64,000 bases of DNA, from positions 46,041 to 110,040 of the forward strand of contig JASLXV010000085.1 in NCBI GenBank assembly GCA_030740155.1. The letters run 5' to 3'. How positions within the stretch are numbered: the first letter of the stretch is position 1; the number at the start of each line of letters is the position of its first letter. The notes under the pieces are model-generated. The model had not been told where the DNA came from. It searched no databases and saw only the letters and a list, made by a program, of their open reading frames with translations. The DNA comes from Dehalococcoidia bacterium. Its GTDB lineage: Bacteria; Chloroflexota; Dehalococcoidia; Lucifugimonadales; UBA3495. Position numbers and translations under genes: made by a program. Positions 10,307 to 20,058 of the stretch are shown here, piece after piece.

Positions 10307-10522
10307 ACGGGAACAGAGCGGGTAACCGTAACCGATGACCGGCCTGGCGGCACGTTGACCGGGCGGCTTGGAGACCCTGGCCGCGAGCATGTCTGTGAAG
10401 AAACCGGGGACGAGGCCATATTGATGTAGGACCGGGACGGACGAGTTATCGGCTTCGAGAAACCGCAAACTTCGATCCCAAACAGGGAACGATTGGCAGT
10501 AACCTTCGAAGCCGTGGGATGA
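10307..10522 (+). pseudogene. DUF2283-like small protein pseudogene (ACG in place of a start codon; internal TAG at 10427-10429)
   Basis: My translation: TGTERVTVTDDRPGGTLTGRLGDPGREHVCEETGDEAILM*DRDGRVIGFEKPQTSIPNRERLAVTFEAVG; EETGDEV-LMKD--GRVIGFEK pattern; RBS-like GAGGGA upstream. Confidence 0.65.
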
Positions 10523-10586
10523 GGGCCGTTAGATGCCCTTCAGTCGAGCAGATCTTCAGCAGTCTTGGCAAAAGGACGGTGATTCA

Positions 10587-12011
10587 ATGACAACTGGCGA
10601 CAACAAGGTCAGAATAGAGCGAGACTCCATGGGACCCATGGAAGTCCCCGCCGGCGCTCTCTACGGCGCCTCCACCATGCGCGCGGTGCTGAACTTTCCT
10701 ATCAGCGACCTGCGCTTTCCCCGGTCTTTCATCCGTTCCTTGGGTCTCGTGAAGCTGGCGGCGGCCAAGACCAACATGGCCCTGGGTCTCCTGGCGGTGA
10801 AAGAGGGCAACGCCGTGGTGGCCGCCGCCCAAGAGGTGGCCGACGGAAAACTGGACGAGCACTTCGTCCTGGATGTTTTTCAGACCGGCTCCGGCACCTC
10901 CACCAATACCAACGCCAATGAGGTCATCGCCAATCGGGCGTCCCAGATACTAGGTGGCGACCTCGGGTCCGGCCTGGTCCACCCCAACGACCACGTCAAC
11001 ATGGGTCAGTCGTCCAACGACGTTATTCCCACCTGCATCCACCTGGCGGCGCTGATGGCCGCCACGGAGGACCTGGTCCCCGCTTTGGAGAAGCTTGAGG
11101 GAGCGCTTCGGAAAAAATCCGAGGAATTGTGGCTCGTCATAAAAACCGGCCGCACCCACCTCCAGGACGCAACCCCGGTGCGGCTGGGCCAGGAGTTTCT
11201 GGGCTTCGCCGGCCAGGCTGGATACAGCATTCAACGTCTGGGCAGAATGACGGATGCCCTGGCCGAGGTGGCACTGGGCGGCACCGCCGTGGGCACCGGG
11301 GTCAACACCCACCCGGAGTTTTCCGCCCGCACCTGCCGGCTCCTGTCCGAGATTACCGGAGTCCAAGTCCGAGAGACGGACAATCACTTCCAGGCTCAGG
11401 CAGCCCTGGACGGCGTGGTGGAGGCCAGCGGCATCCTCAAGACCATCGCCATCAGCCTGCACAAGATGGCCAACGACATCCGCTTCCTGGCCTGCGGCCC
11501 CCGCGCCGGGCTCGGTGAGATACTGGTGCCTGAAGTGCAGCCGGGCAGCTCCATCATGCCGGGCAAGGTCAACCCGGTGATCTCGGAGTCGGTGATCCAG
11601 GTGGTGGCCCAGGTGGTCGGCAACGATGCCACGGTAACCCTGGCCGGCCAAGGTGGCTACTTCGAGCTGAACACCATGATGCCGGTGGCCGCCTACAACA
11701 TACTGCAATCGATCTCCCTGTTGGCGGCGTCCGCCGACAATTTTGCCGAACAGTGCGTCAAGGGCATCCAGGCCACTGAGACAGGGCCCCAGATGGTGGA
11801 AAAGGGACTAATGCTCGGTACCGCGCTGACTCCGGCCATCGGCTACGACGCCGCGGCCACCATCGCCAAAGAGGCAGCCGCGACCGGCAGCACGATCCGT
11901 GAGATGGCCAAACTCAAGACCAGCCTGTCCGACGCCGAGCTGGACAATCTGCTGAACCCCGCGGCCATGACCGAGCCGGGCCTGGGGTCCGGCGTTGGTG
12001 GCGGGGGCTAG
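10587..12011 (+). CDS. fumC: Class II fumarate hydratase
   Basis: RIERDSMG, DVFQTGSGTS, HPNDHVNMGQSSND, KTGRTHLQDATP, GSSIMPGKVNP signature. Confidence 0.93.
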   Translation: MTTGDNKVRIERDSMGPMEVPAGALYGASTMRAVLNFPISDLRFPRSFIRSLGLVKLAAAKTNMALGLLAVKEGNAVVAAAQEVADGKLDEHFVLDVFQTGSGTSTNTNANEVIANRASQILGGDLGSGLVHPNDHVNMGQSSNDVIPTCIHLAALMAATEDLVPALEKLEGALRKKSEELWLVIKTGRTHLQDATPVRLGQEFLGFAGQAGYSIQRLGRMTDALAEVALGGTAVGTGVNTHPEFSARTCRLLSEITGVQVRETDNHFQAQAALDGVVEASGILKTIAISLHKMANDIRFLACGPRAGLGEILVPEVQPGSSIMPGKVNPVISESVIQVVAQVVGNDATVTLAGQGGYFELNTMMPVAAYNILQSISLLAASADNFAEQCVKGIQATETGPQMVEKGLMLGTALTPAIGYDAAATIAKEAAATGSTIREMAKLKTSLSDAELDNLLNPAAMTEPGLGSGVGGGG

Positions 12012-12174
12012 ACCCTCCTCCGGCCGGACCCGCAGCACGGCCAATCCGATTACCGGAAGGGCGGCCCTGGCCTCCCGATCCTGGCCCATGCCGGGAAATG
12101 TCTGGGACCCTGCCGGGAACTTTCCGGCGACGCCGGGCGTCTTTGATGGAAAGATTAAAGACAGAGGTGGCCCC

Positions 12175-13362
12175 ATGATGAAGCTAATCGTTTTTCTCAC
12201 ATTGGCCGTATCGATCTTCCTGATGGCGTGCTCGGCGGGGGACGACCCACAAGCATCTGTTGGGTCGTTCGGGGAAGACTCCGCCGAGAACAAAGGAGGC
12301 GCTCGGGACGCCGACATGGCACTCCTTTCGGTGGCTTCGGCGCCCACGGCAGCGCCCGCGGCCACGGCGGCGCCCGGCGCTTCATTCGCTGCCCTGGCCG
12401 CGGGGGATGGCCGGGTATCCGGCGCCGCCCTGGAAACCGCCCAGAGGATGGTCATCTCGACGGCTTCTATTTCCATCGAGGTGGAGATGGTGCAAACCGC
12501 CATCGCCGAGGTGCGGGCCATCGCCGAGAGCCTTGGGGGGTTCGTGGAGCATCTGGACAGCTCCGGAGGGCCGGAGCGCCAGCGGGCCTCCATGACCGTT
12601 CGCGTTCCTCAGGCCCAGTTTGAAACCGCGCTGGGGCGCATCGAAGTACTGGGCGAAGTGCAAAGCCGTAATGAGGGCGCTTAAGACGTATCGGAGCAGT
12701 TCATCGACTTGGAAGCTCGCCTGAAAAGCTCGCTGCGGGAGGAGCAGAGCCTGCTGTCTTTGCTGGGGAGAACTGGGACGGTGGGCGAAATCCTGACCAT
12801 AGAACGGGAGTTGGCCAGGGTCCGGTCTGAGATCGAGCGATTCCAGGGCCAGCTCAATTTCCTGGAAAGGCGAGTGGACCTGGCTACCATATCAGTGTCG
12901 CTCTTCCCTCCGGATGAGGAAGTCTCCGAGGCTCCCTCGGCTGCCCTGGTGATCCGGGTATCGGATGTCGGCGCCGCCGTGGCGGAGGTCAAAGGCCTGA
13001 TCGGCACCTATGAAGGAGTCGTGGAACGCGTCTTCCTGTCGCAGCGAAATGACCAGGAGGAGGCGACCCTCTCCCTCAAGGTGTTTGCCGGCGAGTTCCC
13101 GCAGGTAATGGACCTACTGGAAGCGCAGGGCGAGGTGAAGAGCAAGGAAGTGCAGGAGGGCAGAGTCCCGCCGGGCGGGACGCCAGAGCGTGCCAAGAAG
13201 CCCGACGCCAGGATAGACCTCTCTCTGGTTGAAAAGGATGAAGACTCGAACGACGCCCTGATAGTGATAATCATCGCGGCTATCGGCGGGGTTTGGCTGA
13301 TAGCAATTCTGGGGGCCCTGGTCTTCTTGGGCAGCCGCGCGGCGCGACGCCGAGGAAACTGA
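12175..13362 (+). pseudogene. DUF4349-like lipoprotein interrupted by an in-frame TAA (12682-12684)
   Basis: ORFs 11995..12684 and 12709..13362 share a frame and read EGA*DVSEQFIDLEARL (EDVT-QY-DL-ARL pattern); lipobox LMAC; TVRVP; C-terminal TM helix. Confidence 0.8.
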
Positions 13363-13410
13363 TTCCGGGGCACTGTTAAGGCGGTGCCGCTGGGAACCCA
13401 CGAGAGGTTA

Positions 13411-13470
13411 GCCACGGAGGCACAGAGACACGGAGCTATTACGTCCTATTTATCTCTGTGCCTCCGTGGC
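13411..13470. repeat. 18-bp perfect inverted repeat (REP/MITE-like)
   Basis: GCCACGGAGGCACAGAGA (13411-13428) and TCTCTGTGCCTCCGTGGC (13453-13470), 24-nt spacer. Confidence 0.8.
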
Positions 13471-13596
13471 TCTGTGGCTTATCTAGTTCCAGGCACAGTT
13501 TTCGGCAGGCGCGGGCGGAAAAGGCTTGCCTCAAAACTGTCAATCCGAGTCGTCATGCCCCGGTGAGACGCCACCGGCAGACGGAAACACCTGATG

Positions 13597-13635
13597 CCCC
13601 CCTCTCCCACCGGGAGAGGGGCTGGGGGTGAGGGG
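13597..13635. repeat. CCCTCTCCC..GGGAGAGGG..GGGTGAGGG REP-like palindrome, copy 1
   Basis: The same motif recurs at 38324-38358 and, inverted and degenerate, at 42068-42111. Confidence 0.7.
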
Positions 13636-13644
13636 CGAATCCCT

Positions 13645-15345
13645 CTATTGAGGCCCGGTCCCGTTATGCTGCAGCGGGTTTTCCATGGTATCGCCCAAAC
13701 CGCCGCCCGGCCGTACCATTGGGTACACGTTGGCCGAGCCGTCGACGACGAATTCGATGAGGAAGGGGCCTTCGTGGGCTTGGGCCTGGCGGAGGGCAGG
13801 GAGGACATCCTCCTGCTCGTTTACGCGCACCGCGGGTACGCCGTAGGCCTCGGCCAGCTTGACATAATCGGGGCCGGTCAGTTCGGTCGCCTTGATATGC
13901 TTTTGAAAGAACAGCTCCTGCCACTGGCGGACCATTCCCAGGGACCCGTTATTGAACAACGCGATCTTGATCGGCAGATTCGCCTCGGTCGCCGTCGCCA
14001 GCTCTTGCGAGGTCATCTGAAACCCGCCATCGCCGGCGATACTCCAGACCGGCGCGCCGGGCCGGCCCGCTTGAGCGCCCAGGGCCGCCGGCAACTCGAA
14101 TCCCATGGTGCCCTGGCCGCCCGAAGAGACGAAGGTGTTGGACTGATTGAAGTAGAGGAACTGGGCGGCCCACATCTGATGCTGGCCCACGCCGGTTACC
14201 ACGACGGTCTCCGGGTTCTCCTGAAGGAGTTCGTTCAAGCTGGCCAGCACCTGCTGGGGTTGCAGGGTATCGGACTGGGGGATGGCCAGGCATGGATGAT
14301 GGACCCTCTCGCCGTCGATGAAGTCCATCCACTCCTGCCGCTTGGCGTAGGTCACCAGGGGCAGCAGCTCCCGAAGCACCCCTTTGGCGTCGCCGACCAG
14401 AGGCACCTCCACCGGGACGTTCCGGCCGATTTGAGATGCTTCGATATCCAGGTGAATGATCCGGGCGTGGGGCGCGAAGGTGGAGGCCTTGCCGGTGACC
14501 CGGTCGTCGAAGCGCATCCCCAGGCCGACGATGAGGTCGGCCCGGTCCACCGCCATATTTGCCCAGTACATGCCGTGCATCCCCAGCATTCCCAGGCTCA
14601 AGGGATGATTTCCCGGGAAGCCGCCGAGGCCGAGAAGGGTGGTGATGACCGGGATGCCCGTGGTCTCCGCTAGGGCCTTGACCTCTTGGGAGGCGCCGGA
14701 AGCCATGACGCCGTGTCCGCTGATGATGAGGGGCCGTTGGGCCTCGTTGATCAGCCGTGCCGCCCGCTGCACCGCCTCGAAGGTCTCCGGGGACAGGGAA
14801 GAAGAAGCCGGCTCGGCGACCTCGGGGAACTCCAACTCGGCTTCTTCAAGTTGAACATCCCGCGGTACATCGATCAACACGGGCCCCGGCCGTCCCTCCA
14901 TCGCGGTGGCGAACGCCTCACGGATGGTGGGCGCCAGGTCTTGGGTGGACAGCACCATGTAGCTCTTCTTGGTGCACGAAGCGGTGATCGAGCAGATGTC
15001 GCATTCCTGGAACGCCTCTGATCCCAGCGAAGTCCGGGCCACCTGGCCGGTGATGACCACCATGGGTATCGAGTCGGCTTTGGCACTCATGATCCCGGTG
15101 ACCAGGTTGGTGCCGCCGGGGCCGGAGGTGGCCATGCAAACGCCCACCTTGCCGGTCACGCGGGAGTAGCCGTCGGCGGCGTGGGCCGCGGCCTGTTCGT
15201 GACGAACCAGGATGTGCCGCAGCTGGGGATAACTCCAGAGGGCGTCGTAAAGGGGAAGGATAGCCCCTCCGGGATACCCGAAAACGACTTCAACGCCTTC
15301 CCGAAGAAGGCTCTCGCAGATGATTTCCGAACCTTTTAGTTTCAA
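13645..15345 (-). CDS. ilvB: Biosynthetic-type acetolactate synthase large subunit, stand-alone paralog
   Basis: FGYPGGA, RHEQ, TSGPG-TN, MLGMHG, MRFDDRVTG, GVGQHQMWAAQ, GDGGFQM, LGMVRQWQ. Confidence 0.93.
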   Translation of the reverse strand: MKLKGSEIICESLLREGVEVVFGYPGGAILPLYDALWSYPQLRHILVRHEQAAAHAADGYSRVTGKVGVCMATSGPGGTNLVTGIMSAKADSIPMVVITGQVARTSLGSEAFQECDICSITASCTKKSYMVLSTQDLAPTIREAFATAMEGRPGPVLIDVPRDVQLEEAELEFPEVAEPASSSLSPETFEAVQRAARLINEAQRPLIISGHGVMASGASQEVKALAETTGIPVITTLLGLGGFPGNHPLSLGMLGMHGMYWANMAVDRADLIVGLGMRFDDRVTGKASTFAPHARIIHLDIEASQIGRNVPVEVPLVGDAKGVLRELLPLVTYAKRQEWMDFIDGERVHHPCLAIPQSDTLQPQQVLASLNELLQENPETVVVTGVGQHQMWAAQFLYFNQSNTFVSSGGQGTMGFELPAALGAQAGRPGAPVWSIAGDGGFQMTSQELATATEANLPIKIALFNNGSLGMVRQWQELFFQKHIKATELTGPDYVKLAEAYGVPAVRVNEQEDVLPALRQAQAHEGPFLIEFVVDGSANVYPMVRPGGGLGDTMENPLQHNGTGPQ

Positions 15346-15364
15346 AGCAGCCCCTTCTTAAAGA

Positions 15365-15645
15365 CAACAAAAAAACCCGCCCCCTATAGGGACGGGATTT
15401 CTAAGCTCCCGCGGTACCACCCTATTTGCCCCGACATAGTCGAGACCTCTCAGTGAGGACACTAACATGCCCCGCCATCTCTAACGGGCGGCGACCCCGG
15501 CTCAGCTTACCTGCCTTTCCAGTTCAGGAAGGCCTCAGCTGGCGGCTCCGGAGGGATTTTCGAATAAGCTCGGCACACCTGCTCACACCGCACCAGGCTC
15601 GCTTTGCGCCTACCCTTATCTACTCGTCTCCATCACAGCTTCTAA
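15365..15645 (-). promoter_or_regulatory. T-box riboswitch, probable Ile (AUC) specifier, with intrinsic terminator
   Basis: Minus strand: stem I with GAGACGAGUAG, AGCGAG/GGUGUGAG loops and GAAA-AUC-C-CUCC-GGAGC (AUC at 15557-15555); AGGGUGGUACCGCG T-box (15423-15410); terminator CCCGUCCCUAUAGGGGCGGG-U7. Confidence 0.9.
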
Positions 15646-15651
15646 CTGCGT

Positions 15652-15681
15652 AAAGTACCACAAATAGTGCCTAGCTGTCAA
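15652..15681 (-). promoter_or_regulatory. Sigma70 promoter for the ilvB T-box leader
   Basis: Minus strand TTGACA-N18-TACTTT with an extended -10 TG, directly upstream of stem I. Confidence 0.7.
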
Positions 15682-15732
15682 TACGGGCTACTTGCGGGCT
15701 CGCCTCAATCCTGCCCCGCGTGTCCCTGCCGG

Positions 15733-16756
15733 TCAGACGCTCTCGGACGTGCCGGACCGCACTGCTATACCCATCCACCAGTGGCGTCCCTGACCCCTGC
15801 GGCGACGGCGGAAACCAAGACCGGTAAGGGCCCAAGCCAAAATTTCGTTGGCGCCACGGTTTTGCCCGGTTCTCATCGCACCATCTGAGATACGCAACGT
15901 AGAGGTCTCTAGCGGGCGCAGCCTGATCGGAGGATACGAGGCACGCCTCCGCTACGAACCGATTCAGCGAATTGGCCTCCGGCGGGCCGGTGACAGGGGT
16001 GCCGCCATCCGCATCCTCTGGTGTGTCCTCTCCCAGGCCGGGAGGCGGACCGGAATCCTCTTCCTCCAGGGGGGTTACCCTGCGCCTGCCTCCCACGGTG
16101 GTGCCCCGTTGGCCATCGAAGAGCTTGCGGCCGCGGGCCACGTTGATACCCGGTGAACGGGTCGCCGGTTCCCGGGCCTGATCCGAAGATTCTTGGGGCG
16201 CCTCTTCCCCAGTACGGAGCATCCAGGCGTTCTCGGTAGCCGGGTCGGTTAGCCAGTTCTTCACCACCCGTTGGAAATTGCCGGGGATCTCAACCCCCAA
16301 ACTGCTGGCGACGCGGTTCATGAAGTTGAACAAACAGGTAACCAGGACGATGGAAAGGATATCCTGCTCGAGGAAGCCCGCGTCCCGCAGCCCATCAAGG
16401 ACGCCCTCGGTCATGGAGGCCGGCTCCACGGTTACCTTCAGCGCGAAGTCCAGCATCTTGAGGTCTGGCGCGGACAGTTCCGCCTGAGTGTAGTCGGAGA
16501 GCAATTGGCTGGCCAGGCCCGAGTCGCCGGAGTGGCGGCGCACGAATCCTCCGTGGGTCAAGGCCCCGTACCGGCACTGGTTGGCTACTGCCACTACGGT
16601 GGCGATAGCCTCCTCTTGAACTCGGCTCAAGGTCGAACCGCCGAAGGCGAGGGTCTCGTTCAGCCCTTTGACCGCCTCCAACGCCTCGGGGTTCAACGAC
16701 AGCGCCTGGAAAATCGCGGGCAAGTCTGGCAGGTTTGCTTCTTCAATCCATGACAT
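15733..16756 (-). CDS. AhpD/CMD-like peroxidase-related protein fused to a primase/D5-type C-terminal winged-helix domain; 1-nt frameshift near 15830
   Basis: N-term: EAIATVVAVANQCRYG..H, FNFMNRVASSLG. C-term: RFVAEAC..DLYVAYLRWC..RNFG, continuing in another frame as LALTGLGFRRRRRGQGRHWWMGIAV to TGA at 15735-15733. Confidence 0.75.
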
Positions 16757-16887
16757 ATAACTGCCTATCGACGAAAACTACCTCTCTAATCCACTCTCCG
16801 CCACCGGACTGGAATTTGTCAAGGGTATACGCTGATTCACCCGATTCCCCGATTCGAGTGTGGTAGTATGGTTCGTGGAGGAAGAAG

Positions 16888-17487
16888 TTGATTGGCGGTT
16901 TCCAAGGCCCAAAGAGTCCTGATGTGTACATACGCGACGTGGCGCTACTGCCCGCAGAGAAGGTAACCCATATCTTCTCCGCCGACCTGGGCCTCGCCGA
17001 CGAGACCCCGGAGGCCGGGCAGGCTTTGATAACCACCAACCGGCGCATTCTGGCCTTCACCAAGCGTGAAGGGCGCGACGTAACCTTCGTGGCCTTCGTT
17101 GAAGAGCTGAAGGGCGTGGCCGTGAAGGCCGCGTCCCGAAGGGGCGGATCGCTGCTTCAAAGCCTGCTGCTGGCGGCAGGAGGAATCCTCCTCTACGTGG
17201 CCTTCGCCTACTGGGTGACCGGCCGGATTGGCGGCCCGAACATTCCGATCCTCAACATGGACTTTGGGCCTTTCATTTTATTGATCGGGGCGCTGCTCGG
17301 CGCGGTATTCATCGGCCGGTACTTCTACAGTCAGGGAGATGGCTCGGTCACTTTCCAGGGAAGTAGCTGGAACTTTGTTTTCGCCTTCAACGGTAACCTC
17401 GCCAGTGAAGATATCTACCGGGTGGTCAACACGCTCTTTGCCACCCGCGACTCCTCCATCGGCTACTCGCTGCTCTGGAAAGACTGA
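16888..17487 (+). CDS. Hypothetical membrane protein (2 TM segments)
   Basis: TTG start after GGAGGAAG; two hydrophobic helices; LITTNRRIL is reminiscent of bacterial PH-like domains. Confidence 0.7.
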   Translation: MIGGFQGPKSPDVYIRDVALLPAEKVTHIFSADLGLADETPEAGQALITTNRRILAFTKREGRDVTFVAFVEELKGVAVKAASRRGGSLLQSLLLAAGGILLYVAFAYWVTGRIGGPNIPILNMDFGPFILLIGALLGAVFIGRYFYSQGDGSVTFQGSSWNFVFAFNGNLASEDIYRVVNTLFATRDSSIGYSLLWKD

Positions 17488-17575
17488 GTACGCATCCACG
17501 GCAGAACCGGAGAGATCCGGCCCGCCGATAATGGTGCGCGGCATCGGCCCGGCCCGGGCCCACGGGCCATCGCCT

Positions 17576-18613
17576 CTAGCCCAGGGGCAGGCTGGGGTCG
17601 ATGTCCAACTCCATGCCGGACTGCTCTCCCCTCTGATTCATGAAATAGGCGCACGCCGCGATCATCGCCCCGTTATCGGTACACAAGACCGGAGGAGGAA
17701 CGATGACCGGCAAGGGGGAGCGGCGGGTTATTTCCTGACGCAGCCTGGAGTTGGCCGCGACGCCTCCACCCAGGATGAGGCCACGAGCCCCATACTTTTT
17801 GGCCATGTCCAGCAGCTTGGCCGTCATCACTTCTACCAACGACTCCTGGAAGGCGGCGGCCAACTCTCGGACCAGGCTGGTGGTGCCGGCCTGGTCCAGG
17901 GCCCCACCCCCCGGCGGATAAACCCCTTTGGCCTGGGCCAGGTGCAATAGGGCCGTCTTCACGCCGCTGAAGCTGAAGTCCAGCGTATTCTTCATCCAGG
18001 CCCGGGGCAACCGCTCGGTTCCGGCCGCTCCCTCGGAGACCCGCTGAATCTCCGGGCCCCCGGGAAAGCCCAAGCCAAGGATGCGGGCCGCTTTGTCGAA
18101 AGCCTCTCCCGCCGCGTCATCCCGGGTGCGGCCCAACAGCTTGTAGACCCCGTGGCCTTCCATCAGGATCAAGTCAGTGTGCCCGCCGGAGGCCACCAGG
18201 CAGGCCAGCGGGAACCCCGGGTCTTCCTCAGGCCGGTTTTCGGTGAGCCAGGAGGCATAGATGTGGCCCTCCAGGTGGTTTACCCCGATCATGGGCACGC
18301 CAAGGGTGTAGGCAATGGCCTTGGCCGCGTTGAGCCCGGTGATCAGCGACCCGGCCAGCCCCGGCCCATAGGTGACGGCGACGATGTCGGTTTCCTCCAG
18401 CGACTGGCTGCCGTCGGCCAGCGCTTTTTCCAGGACCGGCACGAGGTCCCGGACGTGCTGGCGGGAGGCCACCTCGGGGACCACGCCTCCAAAGGGGGAG
18501 TGCAACTCCACCTGGGATGCGATGACATTGGACCGCAAGCGTCGGCCGTCTTCCACGACGGCGATCGCCGTTTCATCACAGGACGTCTCGATGCCCAGAA
18601 TCTTCAGACCCAT
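17576..18613 (-). CDS. tsaD: tRNA t6A threonylcarbamoyltransferase
   Basis: LGIETSCDET, GGVVPEVASRQH, NHLEGH, SGGHT, DDAAGEAFDK, FSFSG-KT, GGVAAN, CTDNGAMIA. Confidence 0.97.
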   Translation of the reverse strand: MGLKILGIETSCDETAIAVVEDGRRLRSNVIASQVELHSPFGGVVPEVASRQHVRDLVPVLEKALADGSQSLEETDIVAVTYGPGLAGSLITGLNAAKAIAYTLGVPMIGVNHLEGHIYASWLTENRPEEDPGFPLACLVASGGHTDLILMEGHGVYKLLGRTRDDAAGEAFDKAARILGLGFPGGPEIQRVSEGAAGTERLPRAWMKNTLDFSFSGVKTALLHLAQAKGVYPPGGGALDQAGTTSLVRELAAAFQESLVEVMTAKLLDMAKKYGARGLILGGGVAANSRLRQEITRRSPLPVIVPPPVLCTDNGAMIAACAYFMNQRGEQSGMELDIDPSLPLG

Positions 18614-18616
18614 TTT

Positions 18617-18651
18617 TCAGCCATCAGCAGTCAGTAGTCAGCAGTCAGCAG
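18617..18651. repeat. Heptamer tandem repeat (TCAGCAG)x5, imperfect
   Basis: tcagcca tcagcag tcagtag tcagcag tcagcag, immediately upstream of the tsaD start. Confidence 0.85.
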
Positions 18652-18774
18652 AAACATGATATGGGCCGGCTCCTTGGGCGTCAACTTTACACCCCAACAG
18701 GCCGATGCTATTATCGTGGCACAGCCTAGGGTGGGCAGCGCCCCCCCTCCGGCGACTGGAGGTGTTTCCCGAAA

Positions 18775-20058
18775 ATGGATGCCGCCGACTTATGGAGGCT
18801 AGCCCTACTGCTTCTTTGTCTGACCATATCCGGCTTCTTCTCCGCCTCGGAAACTGCCTTTATCGCCCTCCCCAGGGCGCGGCTGATGCACCTTGTGAAC
18901 ATCGGGCAGCCGGGCGCCGGACGGGTGGCCCATCTCATGCTCCGGCCGGACAAATTTCTGGCCACGGTGCTGCTGGGCAACAACTTGGTGAACACCGCCG
19001 CCGCGGCGTTGGGAACGGTTCTGGCAGTGAGCCTGATCGGCAACACCCCCCTGGCGGTGCTGGTGGCCACCCTCGGCGTCACCCTGGTTCTGCTGGTATT
19101 CGGAGAAACGATGCCCAAGACCATCGCCTGGCAGCGGTCCGAGAAGGTCGCTTTCGCCGTCTCCCGGCCGCTGGCAATGGTGGAGACGACCTTGGCCCCG
19201 GCGACCCGAATACTCCGGCTGGTAAGCTTGGTGACCAACAAAGCCCTGGGCATCAGCGGCGCTGCTCCCCAGGTGGGGGTGGAGGAGATACGGACCCTCA
19301 TCGCCGCCGGCGCCCGCTCCGGCACCGTGGAACCGGAGGAAGCCGCCCTACTGGAAAAGGTCTTCCGGTTCGGAGATCAGCAGATGCGGGAGATAATGAC
19401 CCCCAGGCCCGAGATCGTGTGGATCGAGCGGGGGACCACGCTGGAAGGGTTCCTGCGGATGTACCAGGACCATTCCCACACCCGCTTTCCGGTCTACGAA
19501 GGCTCTACCGAGAACGTGGTCGGCGTCCTGGCAATCAAAGATGTGTTCATGGCCATGGGACGGGGAGAGCTTGAACTCCAGGACCCCATCACCGGCAATC
19601 TGCGGCCGGCCTATTTCGTTCCGGAAACCAAAGCCCTCAGCAGCACCTTTGGCGAGATGCAGCACAGCGGATATGGCCTGGTGCTGACGGTGGATGAGTT
19701 CGGAGGTATCGCCGGCCTCGCCACGCTGAAGCAACTGCTGGAAGTTATCGTGGGTCAGGTGGGCGAAGAGGGCGCCGCCCCTGATAATGCCTATACCCCG
19801 GTGGACGAGCATACCTTCTGGTTGGACGCCGGCGTCGGTATCCTTGAAATCAACGAGGAGTTGAAGTTGGGCTTGCCGGAAGGAGATTACCAGACGGTGG
19901 CCGGGTTTATTCTGGACTGGATGGGGCGGATTCCCGAAGAGGGCGATGTGCTTGAATACCGCAACTTGAGGTTGACAATTAAGAAGATGGCCGGGGTCCG
20001 AATCGATGAAGTCGAGTTGCGCAAAATCCTTGGCGGCCAAGATGGAGATGCCGGATGA
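18775..20058 (+). CDS. Hemolysin-family / CNNM protein (DUF21 + CBS pair + CorC/HlyC)
   Basis: FFSASETA, LLGNNLVN, FGETMPK, REIMTPR, HTRFPV, VDEFGG, YQTVAGF. Confidence 0.92.
   Translation: MDAADLWRLALLLLCLTISGFFSASETAFIALPRARLMHLVNIGQPGAGRVAHLMLRPDKFLATVLLGNNLVNTAAAALGTVLAVSLIGNTPLAVLVATLGVTLVLLVFGETMPKTIAWQRSEKVAFAVSRPLAMVETTLAPATRILRLVSLVTNKALGISGAAPQVGVEEIRTLIAAGARSGTVEPEEAALLEKVFRFGDQQMREIMTPRPEIVWIERGTTLEGFLRMYQDHSHTRFPVYEGSTENVVGVLAIKDVFMAMGRGELELQDPITGNLRPAYFVPETKALSSTFGEMQHSGYGLVLTVDEFGGIAGLATLKQLLEVIVGQVGEEGAAPDNAYTPVDEHTFWLDAGVGILEINEELKLGLPEGDYQTVAGFILDWMGRIPEEGDVLEYRNLRLTIKKMAGVRIDEVELRKILGGQDGDAG

Noticed and set aside
16560..16585. Possible selenocysteine (CxxU) in the AhpD-like protein
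   Set aside because: The codon at that position is GGG (Gly), not TGA.
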